Program-made: the position numbers and the translations under genes
NCBI GenBank assembly: GCA_948466735.1
Contig: CAOKBR010000003.1
Span: forward strand, 1-56,208
From: an uncultured Mycoplasmatota bacterium
Lineage (GTDB): Bacteria > Bacillota_I > Bacilli_A > RF39 > UBA660
Direction: 5' to 3'
Length of the DNA: 56,208 nucleotides
The notes under the pieces: generated by a model
The model's input: the letters and a program-made list of their open reading frames with translations, nothing else
Told to the model about the DNA's origin: nothing
Databases searched by the model: none
Shown: in pieces, positions 39,975-51,328 of the stretch
How positions within the stretch are numbered: the first letter of the stretch is position 1
Layout of the letters: every line of letters starts with the position of its first letter

Positions 39975-40982
39975 CTAACTAAATATTGTATCCTGATATG
40001 AGATATGCAAGTGGGCATATGCTCTTGGTGTGACCATTCGGCCACGGGAAGTTCGCTTAAGTAAACCAATTTGTAAAAGATATGGTTCATACACATCTAA
40101 AATAGTTGTTACTTCCTCTCCAATAGAGCTTGCGATCGCTTCCACTCCAACTGGACCCCCATTAAATTTTTCGATAATTGCTTTTAGTAATTGATAGTCT
40201 GTCTCATCAAGTCCTAAGGCATCTACTTTTAGTCGGTTTAAGGCGTTTACTGTAATTGTAAGATCCATTACTCCATCTCCTTCGACTAAAGCAAAGTCCC
40301 GAACTCGTTTGAATAATCGATTAGCTATTCGTGGTGTTCCTCTACTCCTACTAGCTAGTTCCTTGGCTGCTTCATCAACAATTGTAATATCCATAACTTT
40401 CGCTGTTCGTTTTACAATTTCTGTTAACTCTTCTACGGTGTAATATTGTAATTTTGCAATAATTCCAAAACGATCTCTTAATGGTGCTGATAAATCACCC
40501 GCTCTAGTGGTAGCTCCTACTAAGGTAAACGGTGGTAAATCAATCTTAATATTTCTTGTATTAGAATCGTTTCCAATGATAATTTCTAAGGTAAAGTCTT
40601 CCATCGCTGGATATAATACTTCTTCAACAAATCTAGGAATTCTATGTATCTCATCAATAAATAACACATCTCCTGGTTCTAGTGTTGATAGTATCGCAGC
40701 AAGATCTCCTGTTTTTTCAATAGCTGGGCCTGAAGCGGTTTTAATGTTAGTGTTTAGTTCATTGGCAATAATGTGAGCTAGGGTTGTCTTACCTAATCCT
40801 GGAGGGCCATAAAGTAATACATGATCTAGTGATTCATCCCGCATTTTTGCTGCTTCAATAAAAATCCTAATGTTTTCTTTAACGTCCTCTTGACCTATAT
40901 ACTCACCTAAAGATAATGGACGAATGCTATCACTAATTTGATCTTCTACTAGTTCTTCACTACTTACAATTCTCTCGTCCAT
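39975..40982 (-). CDS. ruvB: Holliday junction helicase RuvB
   Basis: [33 protein letters not shown]. Confidence 0.97.
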   Translation of the reverse strand: MDERIVSSEELVEDQISDSIRPLSLGEYIGQEDVKENIRIFIEAAKMRDESLDHVLLYGPPGLGKTTLAHIIANELNTNIKTASGPAIEKTGDLAAILSTLEPGDVLFIDEIHRIPRFVEEVLYPAMEDFTLEIIIGNDSNTRNIKIDLPPFTLVGATTRAGDLSAPLRDRFGIIAKLQYYTVEELTEIVKRTAKVMDITIVDEAAKELASRSRGTPRIANRLFKRVRDFALVEGDGVMDLTITVNALNRLKVDALGLDETDYQLLKAIIEKFNGGPVGVEAIASSIGEEVTTILDVYEPYLLQIGLLKRTSRGRMVTPRAYAHLHISYQDTIFS

Positions 40983-41005
40983 TTCTCTTCACCTTTTTCT
41001 ATCCG

Positions 41006-41557
41006 CTACTTTAGTAATAATTTTAATGCCTCTTTGATTTGTTCTTCAATACTTAGTTCTTTGTTTACTCTAGGCAAAATTTGTTTGAAATCTTTTTCTT
41101 TGTAACCTAAGCCTAGTAAGACTTCTGTTAATTCTAAATAAGAACTTGTAGTACTTGTAATGGTAATATCTAGTTTTCCTTTTAAATCAAGAATCATTTG
41201 TTTTGCTAGTTTATCTCCAATTTTAGGAAACTTTCTTAGGTAAAGTAAATTTTCTCTTTCAATAGCATCAGCAATTCCTTCGATGCTTCCTGTTGCTAAA
41301 ATTGGTAAAGTCATTTTAGGCCCTAGACCTTTTACGCTAATAAGTTTTAAAAACAATTCTTTTTCTTCTATGGTTTTAAATCCAAAAAGATTATGTTCAT
41401 CTTCTCTAATTTGTTGATAAAGATAAACTTTATATACCTCGTTTTCAATAAAGGCATATGGATTTGGGGTATTTACGATGTAACCTATGTCATTTACTTC
41501 TAGTGTTATGGAATTTGAAGTAATATTGGTTACCTTTCCAATCATATAATCATACAT
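41006..41557 (-). CDS. ruvA: Holliday junction branch migration protein RuvA
   Basis: IREDEHNLFGF, LISVKGLGPK, LGLGY. Confidence 0.95.
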   Translation of the reverse strand: MYDYMIGKVTNITSNSITLEVNDIGYIVNTPNPYAFIENEVYKVYLYQQIREDEHNLFGFKTIEEKELFLKLISVKGLGPKMTLPILATGSIEGIADAIERENLLYLRKFPKIGDKLAKQMILDLKGKLDITITSTTSSYLELTEVLLGLGYKEKDFKQILPRVNKELSIEEQIKEALKLLLK

Positions 41558-41765
41558 TTTCTACACTTCCTCATGTTAACAGTTCTTATTATACTACAAA
41601 ATGAGACAAAATTCCAGCTAAATTTAGCACGTTTTTTTAAAAGCCTTGCTATATAAAGAAAAAAATATGAAAATATTTTTTTTAAATGAAAAAACAAAGT
41701 GGCAAAAAGTGTCAAGAAAAAAGTACTAAGTTTAATTTATAGCACTTACGTTTATCAGAAAAATT

Positions 41766-43003
41766 TTATTTATTAATCATCACTACTGCTCTACCTCCTA
41801 TTTTTGTGTTTCCTGTATGATAAGTGCTCATTACCCCGTAACCACGTATGCCCCAAGCATGAGTAGAAACATTTGAATTTGCATTCATTGTCAAGTATCC
41901 GTTGTTATCTTCATTCTCTCCTGCTTCATCTACTGTTCCCCCATTAGAAGTAGAATTTATTAAATAATTATACATCCATACTGGACAGGTTCCATTAGTT
42001 ACACCGTTATCATACGCTAAACACCCTAAATTATGTGCTTCTTGTACACTAATCATTCTAGACTTTGCAGTACTACTTTCTAAAGTATATGTATTAACTG
42101 CACAGGTAAATTTATTTGTTGTTAAATCATAACTACATCCAGTAAAAGCATTATCTTTAAAGATAGTAGTTCCCATAGTATAGGTTTGATCAAGTACATT
42201 ACTCCATCCACTAGTCGCATTTTCTAAGGCTTCTAATACTGTTAACGGTCCTTTCGTGTTATCATTAGCATCAGCATACCACGCAGTAGAATATACTGTA
42301 TTTTCTCGTTGTTGTAGCATTAAGGTATCCCCATTATCGCTTATTACGTGAAAATATTTCTCTTCACTATCGTTTACTTGATATTTTATGATGGTACCTT
42401 CTCGATAAGTCGCCTGTGGTGCTAAACTTTGACAGGTCTCTTCTTCTCCTGTTACACAAAAGGTGGATGATTCCCTATTTTGATTATATTGGTAAATTGC
42501 TAAAATATTAGGATTACTTTCAGGTTCAGTAACTGGTGTTGCTACTACATCTTGTTTAGCATACACATTTATTTTTACTCCATATTTTCTAGTCTCACCA
42601 CTTGGAATCAACGTACTTTCATTTATCCACATTCTTAAACGATAATGATATATGGTAGCACCTGTATTGGTAATATTTCCAAAGTCTAATACCATTGACC
42701 CTATAGGAGAGCCTATTTCACTTACCGCGATACTTGGTATAAACGCTTTTGGTGCCATCACTTCTTTATAAGTAGTATCTGGGTCAATTACTTTTTCTAA
42801 ATAAAGTTTTACCTCATTATCTTCTAGTGGTGTTACATCATTTATTGGTAATTTTATAGCAGTTACTTCGTAGCCAATGGGTACACTTCTAGATAAATTT
42901 GCTTGAATGGTAAAATCAAATACTTGGTTAGTTCCCATCAATGCTTTTCCTACTTCATCAGAAATGGGATACGCTTCTTCTAAAGTAATTCCTGTTTTTC
43001 CTT
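41766..43003 (-). pseudogene. 5'-truncated surface family member with a CLec/DUF6273-like C-terminal domain
   Basis: Homology extends upstream of the ORF to GKTGITLEEAYPISD (~43003); signal peptide missing. Confidence 0.8.
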
Positions 43004-43548
43004 AAATTGAGAACATATATTTGAATAAATACTAGCTTATTACTTAGCAAGGTTCCCTCATCACTTTGAACAAAGTAGTAATCAACTATTTTTTCATTTC
43101 CAACAAAGACAAAATTATTAAGATTAAACTGGATTACCGAAGTATAATCATACCCTTTTCCTGTTTCCAACTTTTTTGCATATAACCTATGAGCGTATTC
43201 CATGTTTCGTTCCATTACTTCTAAATCATCATTACAATTTACTTCAAGATTTAACATGTTTCCATCAATTATCGCTACATAATCACTTCTCTCTCCTTTC
43301 GTCTTTTCTCTTTCTTTATCGAGTTCATTCTTAGCAAGTTTTAAATTCTTTAGCAAGTACTCATTAATAAGAGAAAAATTTACAAGAATACTTTATGCGA
43401 TTCTCATTAGAAAACATACATTTTAACATACTATTCAGAGGAGTGATACTTTCATTCCTTTCGTTCTTCTTGGTAATTTGACTTTATTTTTAGGACTTAC
43501 CTTATTATCATATAAGAATTTTTTATTGATATTTTTGATTGGTACCAT
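43003..43548 (-). pseudogene. Rpn/PD-(D/E)XK transposase-like nuclease remnant
   Basis: GGAGG RBS with ATG at 43548, frameshifts, SDYVA..NLEVN..RNMEYA..VIQFNLNNF; 3' end truncated. Confidence 0.75.
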
Positions 43549-43788
43549 TACTCGATACGCCTCCTTTTAAAAAAATAATATGGCTATCATAGCAAACTTC
43601 ACTTTCCTTGTAAAATCGTACTTTTACCAAATTTTCCATAAAAAAAGCACCAATTTATTTTTTCCCTAGAAGCTTTTTTTTAATTGATGTTTTTCTCTTC
43701 TTAAAAAAGGGATTTCTTATCTTTTTAAAATTTTTAAGATAAAATGTATAAAGAAAAAGTAGCATATCATCTACGCTACTTCATTTTA

Positions 43789-44085
43789 TTATTCACTAAC
43801 AGGATAAACGCTAGCTTGCTTTTTTTCTCTTCCTAAACGTTCATATTTTACAATACCATCAATTGTCGTATAAAGAGTATCATCACTACCTTTACGAACA
43901 TTTACTCCAGGATGAATTTTTGTTCCTCGTTGACGATATAAAATGCTTCCTGAGGTAACATATTCGCCATCGCTTGCTTTTGCACCTAAACGACGTCCTG
44001 CTGAATCACGTCCATTAGAAGTTGATCCTTGTCCTTTGTGGTGTGCAAAAAGTTGAATATCTAATGCTAATAAAAACTTATTCAT
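43789..44085 (-). CDS. rpmA: 50S protein bL27 with Prp-cleaved N-terminal extension
   Basis: [29 protein letters not shown]. Confidence 0.96.
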   Translation of the reverse strand: MNKFLLALDIQLFAHHKGQGSTSNGRDSAGRRLGAKASDGEYVTSGSILYRQRGTKIHPGVNVRKGSDDTLYTTIDGIVKYERLGREKKQASVYPVSE

Positions 44086-44098
44086 GGAAATTCCCTCC

Positions 44099-44401
44099 TT
44101 ACTTTATTTCTACATTTTTTGGATAATCATGGCTTAATTGAGTTAGTAAATCTAACATATTTAAAATGAATTGATCTAAAACATCATCTTCATGATGAAT
44201 AGATAGAATTAATCCATCTTTCTTTTGCTCAACAGATAAATATTGATTGTTCACTCGGTAAATTCCATTCACCGTAGTAATTACAATTGCACTAACAGCA
44301 CTACAAACAATATCTTTTCCATAATCCTCATACATCGCATGCCCTAAAATAGACACACTAGTTACCCGATTATCCTCGCTTTTTACTTTAACACAAATCA
44401 T
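44099..44401 (-). CDS. prp: Ribosomal-processing cysteine protease
   Basis: GHA...[10 protein letters not shown] between rplU and rpmA. Confidence 0.93.
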   Translation of the reverse strand: MICVKVKSEDNRVTSVSILGHAMYEDYGKDIVCSAVSAIVITTVNGIYRVNNQYLSVEQKKDGLILSIHHEDDVLDQFILNMLDLLTQLSHDYPKNVEIK

Positions 44402-44403
44402 AA

Positions 44404-44703
44404 TTAACCAATCTTCGTAATTTCTACTTTAGTATATGGTTGTCTATGACCTTGCTTTAAACGGTTGCTCTTTGATTTTTGCTTATACTTGTAAATCGTA
44501 ATTTTCTTACTTTTACCTTGCTTTTGAACAACACCAGTCACTGTAACATTTGCTAAATAAGGGTTACCCACTTTTCCATCTAACATTAATACCTCGTCAA
44601 ATGTTACCGTTGCGCCTTGTTCAGCATCTAATTTTTCCACAAAAATTACAGAACCTTCGCTAACGATATATTGTTTTCCACCCGTTTTAATAACAGCCTT
44701 CAT
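44404..44703 (-). CDS. rplU: 50S protein bL21
   Basis: [19 protein letters not shown]; start placed 7 nt after GGAGGT. Confidence 0.95.
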   Translation of the reverse strand: MKAVIKTGGKQYIVSEGSVIFVEKLDAEQGATVTFDEVLMLDGKVGNPYLANVTVTGVVQKQGKSKKITIYKYKQKSKSNRLKQGHRQPYTKVEITKIG

Positions 44704-44727
44704 TCTCATTACCTCCTTATTCATTTC

Positions 44728-44803
44728 TTAAGACTCGCTCTAAAGGTACAATTTCTTGTTTTCAACCTTTTCAATGCGGTTTGAGCATGAAGCTACAAAC
44801 ATC
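44728..44803 (-). promoter_or_regulatory. L21 leader
   Basis: ACCGC..AAAGGT..ACCTTT..GCGAGTC upstream of rplU. Confidence 0.7.
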
Positions 44804-44845
44804 TAAGATTCTAACATATTATTAAAATTTAGTAAAGCCCTTTTT

Positions 44846-46513
44846 TTACACTTCTTGAATGACACTAATAATCATTGGTTTACACTCGGTTTCTTTATAA
44901 AAGAACTTACCTAGTTTTTCTCTAACATCCGTTTTGATCTTTGCATAATCCACACGTTTTTCTCCTTGGGATGTACTTTCCATAACAATTTCTAAAGCGA
45001 TTTTCTTAGTCTCTTCTAGTAAGTCTTGACTTTCTTTAACAAAGACAAAACCTCTAGTTAACACTTCAGGACCAGCTAAAATGGCCTTTGTACTTCTATC
45101 AATCGTACAACTGATAATCACAATTCCACTTTCACCAAGCATCTCTCTATCTTTTAAGACTAACTCGCCAATATCCCCTTGTGTTTTTCCATCAATTAAA
45201 ATTTCATCTACTGAAACTTTCTCGATACTCTTACTTAATTTTCCATCTACAAATGTTACCACGTCACCATTTTGTTTTAACAAAATATGATTAGGTCGAA
45301 TTCCTAACCCTTCCGCAATCGTCGCATTTTGATATTGATGACGGTACTCGCCTTTAACAGGAAAATAATACCTTGGTTGAATTAAATCAATCATTAACAT
45401 CAAATCTTCTCTTGATGCGTGGTGAAGCAAATGTTTTTTACTAGATAAACTAATCGCATTCACTCCCATTTTGGCAATATCATCCATTACTAAAGCTAAA
45501 CGCTTTTCAATTCCTTCATACGCTGGTTCTGTAATAAAAATAGTATCCGTGTCTTTTAATTTTATGTATTTATCAAACCCTTTAATTATCTTTTCTAAAT
45601 TAGCAAAAGGTTTTTCCTTCTCATCAGAAATTAATACAACAACATCGCGATCATTTAAATTTGACAAATCCCCTAATTGATTTTTATTTAATGTTAAATA
45701 CCCTAAATTAATGGCCATATTGATGGTCTCTTGTAAAAATTTTCCCATAATAACTACTTTTCGATGGGTTTTTCCAATTTCATTAAAAATTTCTTGTACA
45801 CGGTAAATATGTGATGGGAAAACAGTTGCAATAATACGATGCTCATTTTTTAATAGCACCTCACGAATAAAGCCACCTACTCGATTATTTGGACTCGTAT
45901 GTCCTTCTTTTTCAGCATACATTGATTCAGATAATAAACATAATACTCCTTGTTTGCCCACATAAGCAAGCTTTCCAATATCCGTTTTATAATTGCCCAT
46001 CATGGTTGAATCAAATACAAAATCTCCTGTGTAAACAATTGCTCCATCTTTTGTATATAACACATAACATACACTATCAGGAATCGAATGCGTTACACTA
46101 ATAGGAAAAATCGCTAAAGAACCAAATTCCAATTTTGAATGAGGACGAATTTCTTTTAACTTATACTTTTCTAGTAAAGATGGTTCAATATCCCTTTTTA
46201 ACATTTCCATGGTAAATTTTGTTCCATACACCTTAATATCAGGAATTTCTTTTAAAATATCAGGAACTGCTCCCATATTTCCATCATGCCCATGCGTTAG
46301 GAAAATCCCCTCAATTTGTTTCTTATTTTCAATTAAATAATCAAAATTTGGAATAATATAATCTACCCCTAAAGCTCGATTATTATCATATTTTAATCCC
46401 GCATCAAACACAAAAATTTGCTTATCTACTTCGATGACATACATATTCTTGCCAACTTCATTTAGTCCCCCTAGACTAAAAATTTTAATTTTACTCATAA
46501 ATACTCCTTTCAA
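44846..46513 (-). CDS. rnjB: Ribonuclease J, J2-like (degenerate metal motif)
   Basis: LGGLNEVGKNMY; THGHDGNMG in place of HGHEDHIG; HHAS and PVKGEYR in place of SGHA and PxHGE. Confidence 0.85.
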   Translation of the reverse strand: MKGVFMSKIKIFSLGGLNEVGKNMYVIEVDKQIFVFDAGLKYDNNRALGVDYIIPNFDYLIENKKQIEGIFLTHGHDGNMGAVPDILKEIPDIKVYGTKFTMEMLKRDIEPSLLEKYKLKEIRPHSKLEFGSLAIFPISVTHSIPDSVCYVLYTKDGAIVYTGDFVFDSTMMGNYKTDIGKLAYVGKQGVLCLLSESMYAEKEGHTSPNNRVGGFIREVLLKNEHRIIATVFPSHIYRVQEIFNEIGKTHRKVVIMGKFLQETINMAINLGYLTLNKNQLGDLSNLNDRDVVVLISDEKEKPFANLEKIIKGFDKYIKLKDTDTIFITEPAYEGIEKRLALVMDDIAKMGVNAISLSSKKHLLHHASREDLMLMIDLIQPRYYFPVKGEYRHQYQNATIAEGLGIRPNHILLKQNGDVVTFVDGKLSKSIEKVSVDEILIDGKTQGDIGELVLKDREMLGESGIVIISCTIDRSTKAILAGPEVLTRGFVFVKESQDLLEETKKIALEIVMESTSQGEKRVDYAKIKTDVREKLGKFFYKETECKPMIISVIQEV

Positions 46514-46572
46514 TTTCTATTCGTTAGTGGCGATTATTATAACAGATTTTTAAAGAAATGACAACTACCGAT

Positions 46573-47253
46573 TCACCTTTTGGCTAAAATACTAAGGGCA
46601 CTCTTCGCTGCTTCTTGTTCTGCTTCTTTCTTACTACAACCAACTCCCTTACCATAGACGATATCATCAATTTTGACTTCGATAGTAAATCTTCGATCAT
46701 GTGCTGGACCTTCTTCTTTTACTAAATGATACACTAAACTTTTTTGTTCCGTTTGCACAAATTCTTGTAATGCTGATTTATAATCACTAAAAAACGTTAT
46801 TGTAGGGTCTATAATATAAGGAACAATAATTGCTAATAATACTCTTCTTGCTGTTGCATATCCTAAATCGATATAAATCGCTCCAGTCATTGCTTCAAAA
46901 ATATCAGCAGTAATTGCTCGCTTATATTTACCACCATCTTCCTCTTCTCCATGTCCTACTTTAATATAGCGATGTAATTGTAAATCTTTAGCATACTCTG
47001 CTAAGGCATTTTCACAAACATAACTTGCTCTAACCTTAGTCATATATCCTTCTTCTTGATCAAAATTTGAATACAAATAATCTGCTACTACTAAATCTAA
47101 TACCGCATCTCCTAAAAACTCTAAACGCTCATAATCAGCCTTTAAATTATGTTCATTCACATAAGAAGAATGACAAAACGCTCTTTCATACAATTTTTTA
47201 TCTTTAGGCTTTATTCCTAATTTGTTAAATAATTCTTCCATATTTTTTGTCAA
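46573..47253 (-). CDS. rnc: Ribonuclease III
   Basis: ERLEFLGDAVL, ADIFEA, dsRBD DYKSALQE. Confidence 0.96.
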   Translation of the reverse strand: MTKNMEELFNKLGIKPKDKKLYERAFCHSSYVNEHNLKADYERLEFLGDAVLDLVVADYLYSNFDQEEGYMTKVRASYVCENALAEYAKDLQLHRYIKVGHGEEEDGGKYKRAITADIFEAMTGAIYIDLGYATARRVLLAIIVPYIIDPTITFFSDYKSALQEFVQTEQKSLVYHLVKEEGPAHDRRFTIEVKIDDIVYGKGVGCSKKEAEQEAAKSALSILAKR

Positions 47254-47472
47254 GATAAAACTCGACTCACCTTCCTTTCTTCAATCACATGATCACCTTG
47301 CATCATTATAACATACCTAACTTTTCTTGTAAATTCTATTCATTTTGTTTAGATAATCTTTATGAATGATAAAAATAGCAAAAGCGTTTACTACTTTCCT
47401 ATAGTTGAATTTTTTCCTTATATAGTGTACAATATTATACAGATTTTAAATTAGAAAGGTGAACATTTAAAG

Positions 47473-48342
47473 ATGAAGAAAATAAAATTATATCTATTTT
47501 TATCGATTTTCTTGATGCTATTAACCACAGGATGTAAGATGGATAACATGGAAAATATTGAAATTATTACTACAAGTTATCCGATTGAATACATTACAAC
47601 TAGATTATATGGTGATCATGCAATAATTAATTCCGTTTATCCAGATGGAACAAATATTAGAGAATACGTGGTGACACAGAAGCAATTAAGTGATTATAGT
47701 AAAAAGGAATTATTTATTTATAATGGTTTAGCAGAAAGTGATAGAGAAATCACGATTGATTTACTTGATCGAAATGATGAGTTAAAAATTATTGATGGTT
47801 CGTTTGGAATGGAGTTAACTTATGGACTTGAAGAGTTATGGTTAAATCCATCACAGTTGTTGATGATTACTCAAAATATTCGTACAGGATTAAAAGAGTA
47901 CATCAATAGTACTTATTTAAAAAAAGAAATAGATGATCGTTATGAAGAGTTAAAAGTGGAACTATCAGAGTTAGATGCAGAAATTAAGTTAGTCGCAGAA
48001 AATGCTAAAAATAAGACGATTGTGGTACAAAATCAAACATTAAGATATTTAGAAAAATATGGATTTAATGTAATTTCATTAGATGAGGACAGTAATATTT
48101 TAGATAAAACGATGCAACAAGTAAGAGGAATGATTGATAGCGGGGAAATTAATTATATTTTTATTCTTGAACATGAAAATATTAATCAACCCGTACAAAC
48201 GTTAATTGATGAAAAACAAATTGAGACTTTAACGTTTAGAAGACTTGATAATATTACCGATTTAGAACGAGATAATAATGATGGTTATTTAGAAATCATG
48301 AACAATAATATTGAACTATTAAAACAAGAAGCATATCAATAA
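47473..48342 (+). CDS. ZnuA/AdcA-fold lipoprotein lacking canonical His ligands
   Basis: Lipobox LTTGC; TTSYP, FIYNG, WLNP, LD.E pattern. Confidence 0.75.
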   Translation: MKKIKLYLFLSIFLMLLTTGCKMDNMENIEIITTSYPIEYITTRLYGDHAIINSVYPDGTNIREYVVTQKQLSDYSKKELFIYNGLAESDREITIDLLDRNDELKIIDGSFGMELTYGLEELWLNPSQLLMITQNIRTGLKEYINSTYLKKEIDDRYEELKVELSELDAEIKLVAENAKNKTIVVQNQTLRYLEKYGFNVISLDEDSNILDKTMQQVRGMIDSGEINYIFILEHENINQPVQTLIDEKQIETLTFRRLDNITDLERDNNDGYLEIMNNNIELLKQEAYQ

Positions 48343-48354
48343 GAGAAAAAAAAC

Positions 48355-49062
48355 CTAGTACTCTGCTAGGTTTTTTATTTTTTCTTTTTCTATGAAAGAT
48401 ACACGATGACTATCTAATAGTTTTCGAATCGTCATTTTCTCTATTTCTATATCGCTAGTTAATGTTTTTAGGATTTTTTTATTGGGATAGTGAATATAAA
48501 TTTCACAACTTATCCACGCTAGAGCCATTTTAACGTAATAATTTGATGTTTTAATGCTAGATAATAAAGAGATAACTTGATTGATATATTCATTATTTAA
48601 ATAGTAATTTAGTAAAAGGACAATGCCAACGCGAACAATATAAGGGTTTTCATCTTTTACAAGGGTTTCTATTCTTGAATAGTACAAAGACAGATGTTTT
48701 TTAATGATGTGATAGTGACTACAAAAAGTATCACAAGTTGCCCAGTTATCAATATGATTAAGGTATTCTCTAAAATAAGGATAGGCTAGCGTTTCTTCTT
48801 TTAATTCGGCAATCACTAAGCCAGTAAGAAGAATTTCCTCGTGAGAAGAATATTTTACTTCTTCTAAATAAGCGTAAGGTGATGTTTTCCCTATTTTTTT
48901 CGCCATTTTTGATAGAATGGGAATTCTAACACCAATCATTTTGTAATGAGTAGAAATCAATTTTTGATTGAAGGCTTTATATTTAAGATCTTGATTTTTT
49001 TGTAATTCTAATATGGCTTCTTGATAAATAGTTAAACCTGTCGGCTTTTTATGGCTTTCCAT
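48355..49062 (-). CDS. alkD: AlkD-like DNA alkylation repair protein
   Basis: GVRIP, IDNWATCD, YYVKMALAW. Confidence 0.85.
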   Translation of the reverse strand: MESHKKPTGLTIYQEAILELQKNQDLKYKAFNQKLISTHYKMIGVRIPILSKMAKKIGKTSPYAYLEEVKYSSHEEILLTGLVIAELKEETLAYPYFREYLNHIDNWATCDTFCSHYHIIKKHLSLYYSRIETLVKDENPYIVRVGIVLLLNYYLNNEYINQVISLLSSIKTSNYYVKMALAWISCEIYIHYPNKKILKTLTSDIEIEKMTIRKLLDSHRVSFIEKEKIKNLAEY

Positions 49063-50339
49063 AATTTACTCCACATTTTATCCGTTGAATAATTTAAAAT
49101 ACCAATTTTATAAATTCTCATCCCAAACTTTATCATTAAATAGTTAAATAAAATAAGAATAACAATGGAGATGATAACATCAATAATTCCAATTTGTCCC
49201 AAAACGAGTAAAGCTGGAGATAGTAAACACGAAATAAAAGGAACATAAGATAAAATGCGAATTAATAGTGAACCATGAAACATTCCTGCCATGATAGATA
49301 AGTAATAAGCAATTAAACATAGGAAAATTACAGGAGCTTGAATTTGTTGAAAATCTTCCATATTAACGGTCATTGAAGCTAAAATTCCTGAAATTAAGGC
49401 GTAAGCTAAGAAAGATAAAATCAATAAAATTAAAGTTAAAGGAATAATATAATACAATTGATCGATAAAGCCACTTTCTCTAAGACTTTCTATCATTGGG
49501 GATAAACTTCCCATGATATTTTCTGCTCCGCTAGTTAGTGAGCGAACAAGTAAGGCCACTCCTCCATAGATAAAAAGTAAGGCTCCTTGCGTTAACACAA
49601 AAATGTTACTTGCTAATACTTTCGAGAAAAAATGCACCTTTGGACTAACATTAGAAATGATAATTTCCATACTTCTAGTCGTTTTCTCTTCATTAATTTC
49701 GGTTCCAATCATTTGAATTAAAAAAATGACTAGCATGAAAAACGGTAGAATCAAAGTAGGAAAAACAGTTCCCATAATCGTGGTCATGTCTTCTGTTTCA
49801 TTAGTATCATTATCTAATACCATTCGTTCAATATCTAAAGGCTTTAAAACCATTGCTAATTCGTTTTCATCAATATTACTTAACGATAAGGCATATTGTT
49901 GTTTAGCAGCCATTAATCCTTGGGTAAGTTGTTGATATTCTATGGCATCGATGGTGTTTTTTGAAGTAATTTTAGCTTTTACATAGTTTAAATCATCTTT
50001 AAGTAACTCAATTACAATCGCACTAGGGACTTCTTCTAATATTTCATCAAGTGTTTTCGTCGATAAGCTGATATTTAAGACTTCTTCTTTGTCAGTAGAT
50101 GAGGAAAAATTTGACAAACTATTTTTGAAATAATCAAAACATTTTTTTGTTTCATCGATAACGACGACTTCAATTTTTTCATCAAAATCGCCACCAAAGA
50201 ATTTGATAATTTGATCAATATTGGCAATAGAGATAATAGCAATCGCTAAAATTAGGTTGACAATAATAAACCATTTGGTAGCAATCTTCTTTTTTAAGCT
50301 TACTTTAGTTAAATATTTTAATTTACGATACATGTGCAC
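49032..50339 (-). CDS. ABC-2 permease (YhaP/NatB-like)
   Basis: EEKTTRSMEIIISNVSP; multiple TMs. Confidence 0.88.
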   Translation of the reverse strand: MHMYRKLKYLTKVSLKKKIATKWFIIVNLILAIAIISIANIDQIIKFFGGDFDEKIEVVVIDETKKCFDYFKNSLSNFSSSTDKEEVLNISLSTKTLDEILEEVPSAIVIELLKDDLNYVKAKITSKNTIDAIEYQQLTQGLMAAKQQYALSLSNIDENELAMVLKPLDIERMVLDNDTNETEDMTTIMGTVFPTLILPFFMLVIFLIQMIGTEINEEKTTRSMEIIISNVSPKVHFFSKVLASNIFVLTQGALLFIYGGVALLVRSLTSGAENIMGSLSPMIESLRESGFIDQLYYIIPLTLILLILSFLAYALISGILASMTVNMEDFQQIQAPVIFLCLIAYYLSIMAGMFHGSLLIRILSYVPFISCLLSPALLVLGQIGIIDVIISIVILILFNYLMIKFGMRIYKIGILNYSTDKMWSKLWKAIKSRQV

Positions 50340-51219
50340 CGCCTACTTTCTCAATAAAAATTTCATTTAACGTTGCTTCTTGTAAATCAAAGGTTAACAC
50401 TTTACTATTTTTTACCGCATCAAAGACTAAAGGAGCAATACTTTCTTTTTCTATTTTTACAAGATATCCATCCACTAAATTAGACACATCAAGTACACCA
50501 GATACTGTTTTTACTTTTTCGATATCAATATCTCCTCTTAAGCGAATGTTCATTTTTTGATAAGCTTTTTTGATGTCTTTGACATAGCCTGATAAAATAC
50601 TTTTTCCTTTGACTAAAATAACTAATTTTTCACAAAATTCTTCAATGTGTTCCATTTGATGAGAGGAAAAAATAATAGAACAGCCCTTTTTTTGTAGTTC
50701 ATAAATAGCATCTTTCATCATTTTTACATTAATCGGGTCAAGTCCAGTGAAAGGTTCATCTAAAATGAGTAATTTAGGTTCATGAAAAACAGCAGAAATA
50801 AATTGAATCTTTTGTTGATTTCCTTTAGATAATTCTTTAATTTTCCTGTTTTTATACTCCGTAATTTGAAACTTTTCAAGCCACATATCCATTTTTTTTA
50901 GAATTTCATCTTCCTCTAGCCCTTTTAAAGTACCATAAAAAATCAATTGTTCCCTAACGGTTAACTTGGACAAAAGGCTTCTTTCTTCAGTAACAAAGCC
51001 AATTTCATTAGTTATCAAGTAGTCAATTGGTTTTCCATTTAGACTCACTTTTCCTATATTAGCATCTAATAAGCCCATAATGATACGAAATGTTGTGGTT
51101 TTCCCTGCTCCGTTTTCTCCTAGTAAGCCAAAAATTTCTCCATCATTAACGACAAAAGATAAATCATCAACAGCTAAGTGGTTCCCATAAGATTTGCTAA
51201 TGTGTTCAACTTTTAACAT
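50323..51219 (-). CDS. ABC ATP-binding protein (YhaQ-like)
   Basis: GENGAGKTT, LSKGNQQK, LDEPFTGLDP. Confidence 0.92.
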   Translation of the reverse strand: MLKVEHISKSYGNHLAVDDLSFVVNDGEIFGLLGENGAGKTTTFRIIMGLLDANIGKVSLNGKPIDYLITNEIGFVTEERSLLSKLTVREQLIFYGTLKGLEEDEILKKMDMWLEKFQITEYKNRKIKELSKGNQQKIQFISAVFHEPKLLILDEPFTGLDPINVKMMKDAIYELQKKGCSIIFSSHQMEHIEEFCEKLVILVKGKSILSGYVKDIKKAYQKMNIRLRGDIDIEKVKTVSGVLDVSNLVDGYLVKIEKESIAPLVFDAVKNSKVLTFDLQEATLNEIFIEKVGGAHVS

Positions 51220-51328
51220 CTTATCCCTTCTTTCATGTCTATTATAGCAAGAAAGATTTTTCTTGAAAAGAAAAAAGATGTGAAAATTTCCATCCGTTAT
51301 TTTAAAGTATTAACTAACTTTTCTATCA

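Noticed and set aside
8886-40842. CGG or AGG codon reassignment
   Set aside because: CGG occurs at the conserved Arg of RuvB AAKMR and AGG at the conserved Arg of MtaB YSKR; the tRNA keeps A20.
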